From the NCBI GenBank assembly GCA_964471385.1, contig CAYYFJ010000004.1, forward strand, positions 1-33,880: a stretch of DNA of 33,880 nucleotides. The letters are read 5' to 3'. The translations under genes and the position numbers were made by a program. How positions within the stretch are numbered: position 1 is the first letter of the stretch; every line of letters starts with the position of its first letter. Below, piece after piece: positions 33,601 through 33,880 of this stretch. The notes under the pieces were generated by a model, which saw nothing but the letters and a program-made list of their open reading frames with translations, searched no databases and had not been told where the DNA came from. The DNA comes from an uncultured Candidatus Saccharibacteria bacterium. GTDB taxonomy: Bacteria; Patescibacteriota; Minisyncoccia; Minisyncoccales; UBA10102.

Positions 33601-33620
33601 AAATCTCGCCCCCTCCGCCA
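33601..33620 (+). repeat. Duplicated 3' end of tRNA-Ser (AAATCTCGCCCCCTCCGCCA), att-like direct repeat
   Basis: Its first 18 nt are identical to 33418-33435. This copy ends in CCA, whereas the intact gene continues GCAG. No T-stem partner lies upstream, so it is a fragment. Confidence 0.8.
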
Positions 33621-33880
33621 ATAGAAACTTCGCGATTTGAAAGAGCGGACATGCGCCGTGTGCCCATCACGGCGCGCGACAATTTCTCTCGCCGCAAAGC
33701 GGCGAATTGGCTCGGCGGGGGGAATTCAAAAAAGGCGGATTTGGTGGACAGAAAAGTCAGAAATCATCCATTGAAAAAATCGTAGATTTTTGCTATGCTT
33801 GTTTTGTGAGCAAAGAAAGCAATGACTCATATTTCTATACTATCAAAAGTAGCATACTATGGCAACTATATCACAGAACA

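Noticed and set aside
33859-33880. Possible start of a CDS at the window edge (ATGGCAACTATATCACAGAAC), preceded by TATACT/CATACT -10-like hexamers.
   Set aside because: Only 7 codons are visible, so it cannot be supported.

Overview
The window reads as a chromosomal segment from a small-genome bacterium. Gene content suggests a CPR/Patescibacteria-like organism, but that is inference only. Nearly all of it is housekeeping genes: an O-antigen-ligase/TPR membrane protein, rpoB, rpoC, ftsK, recA, the rpsF-ssb-rpsR operon, a phosphohexomutase, trpS, RNase J, tRNA-Leu(CAG), an orphan family-5 solute-binding protein, secG, a DUF360 membrane protein, uvrC, uvrA, groES-groEL with a CIRCE-like operator, lemA-htpX, a double zinc-ribbon protein and tRNA-Ser(GGA). 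The unusual content is almost all non-coding. (1) A dispersed family of AT-rich inverted repeats, built from degenerate 7-nt words (AAATGYC on one arm, GRCATTT on the other), fills at least eight intergenic spacers. At one locus the two arms bracket a four-helix-bundle gene of the 23S-rRNA-IVS/Avd-like family exactly, and supply both its start and its stop codon. This suggests an ORF-carrying master copy with ORF-less hairpin derivatives. (2) Several other spacers (rpoB-rpoC, groES-groEL, lemA-htpX, SBP-secG) each carry a private hairpin built the same way from different words. (3) GC-rich mini-palindromes with a GGTCNGACC core cluster around uvrC and uvrA. A perfect 32-nt inverted repeat also brackets a 3.5-kb segment containing uvrA. 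(4) Four small orphan genes flanking uvrA have consensus promoters and strong Shine-Dalgarno sites, whereas nearly every housekeeping gene in the window has none. (5) The tRNA-Ser gene has duplicated fragments of its own 5' and 3' ends on either side. An AT-rich GIY-YIG gene sits between the displaced 5' fragment and the intact tRNA. No CRISPR array, transposase, integrase, reverse transcriptase or recognisable defence gene was seen. All alignments and coordinates were made by eye, and no database search was possible.
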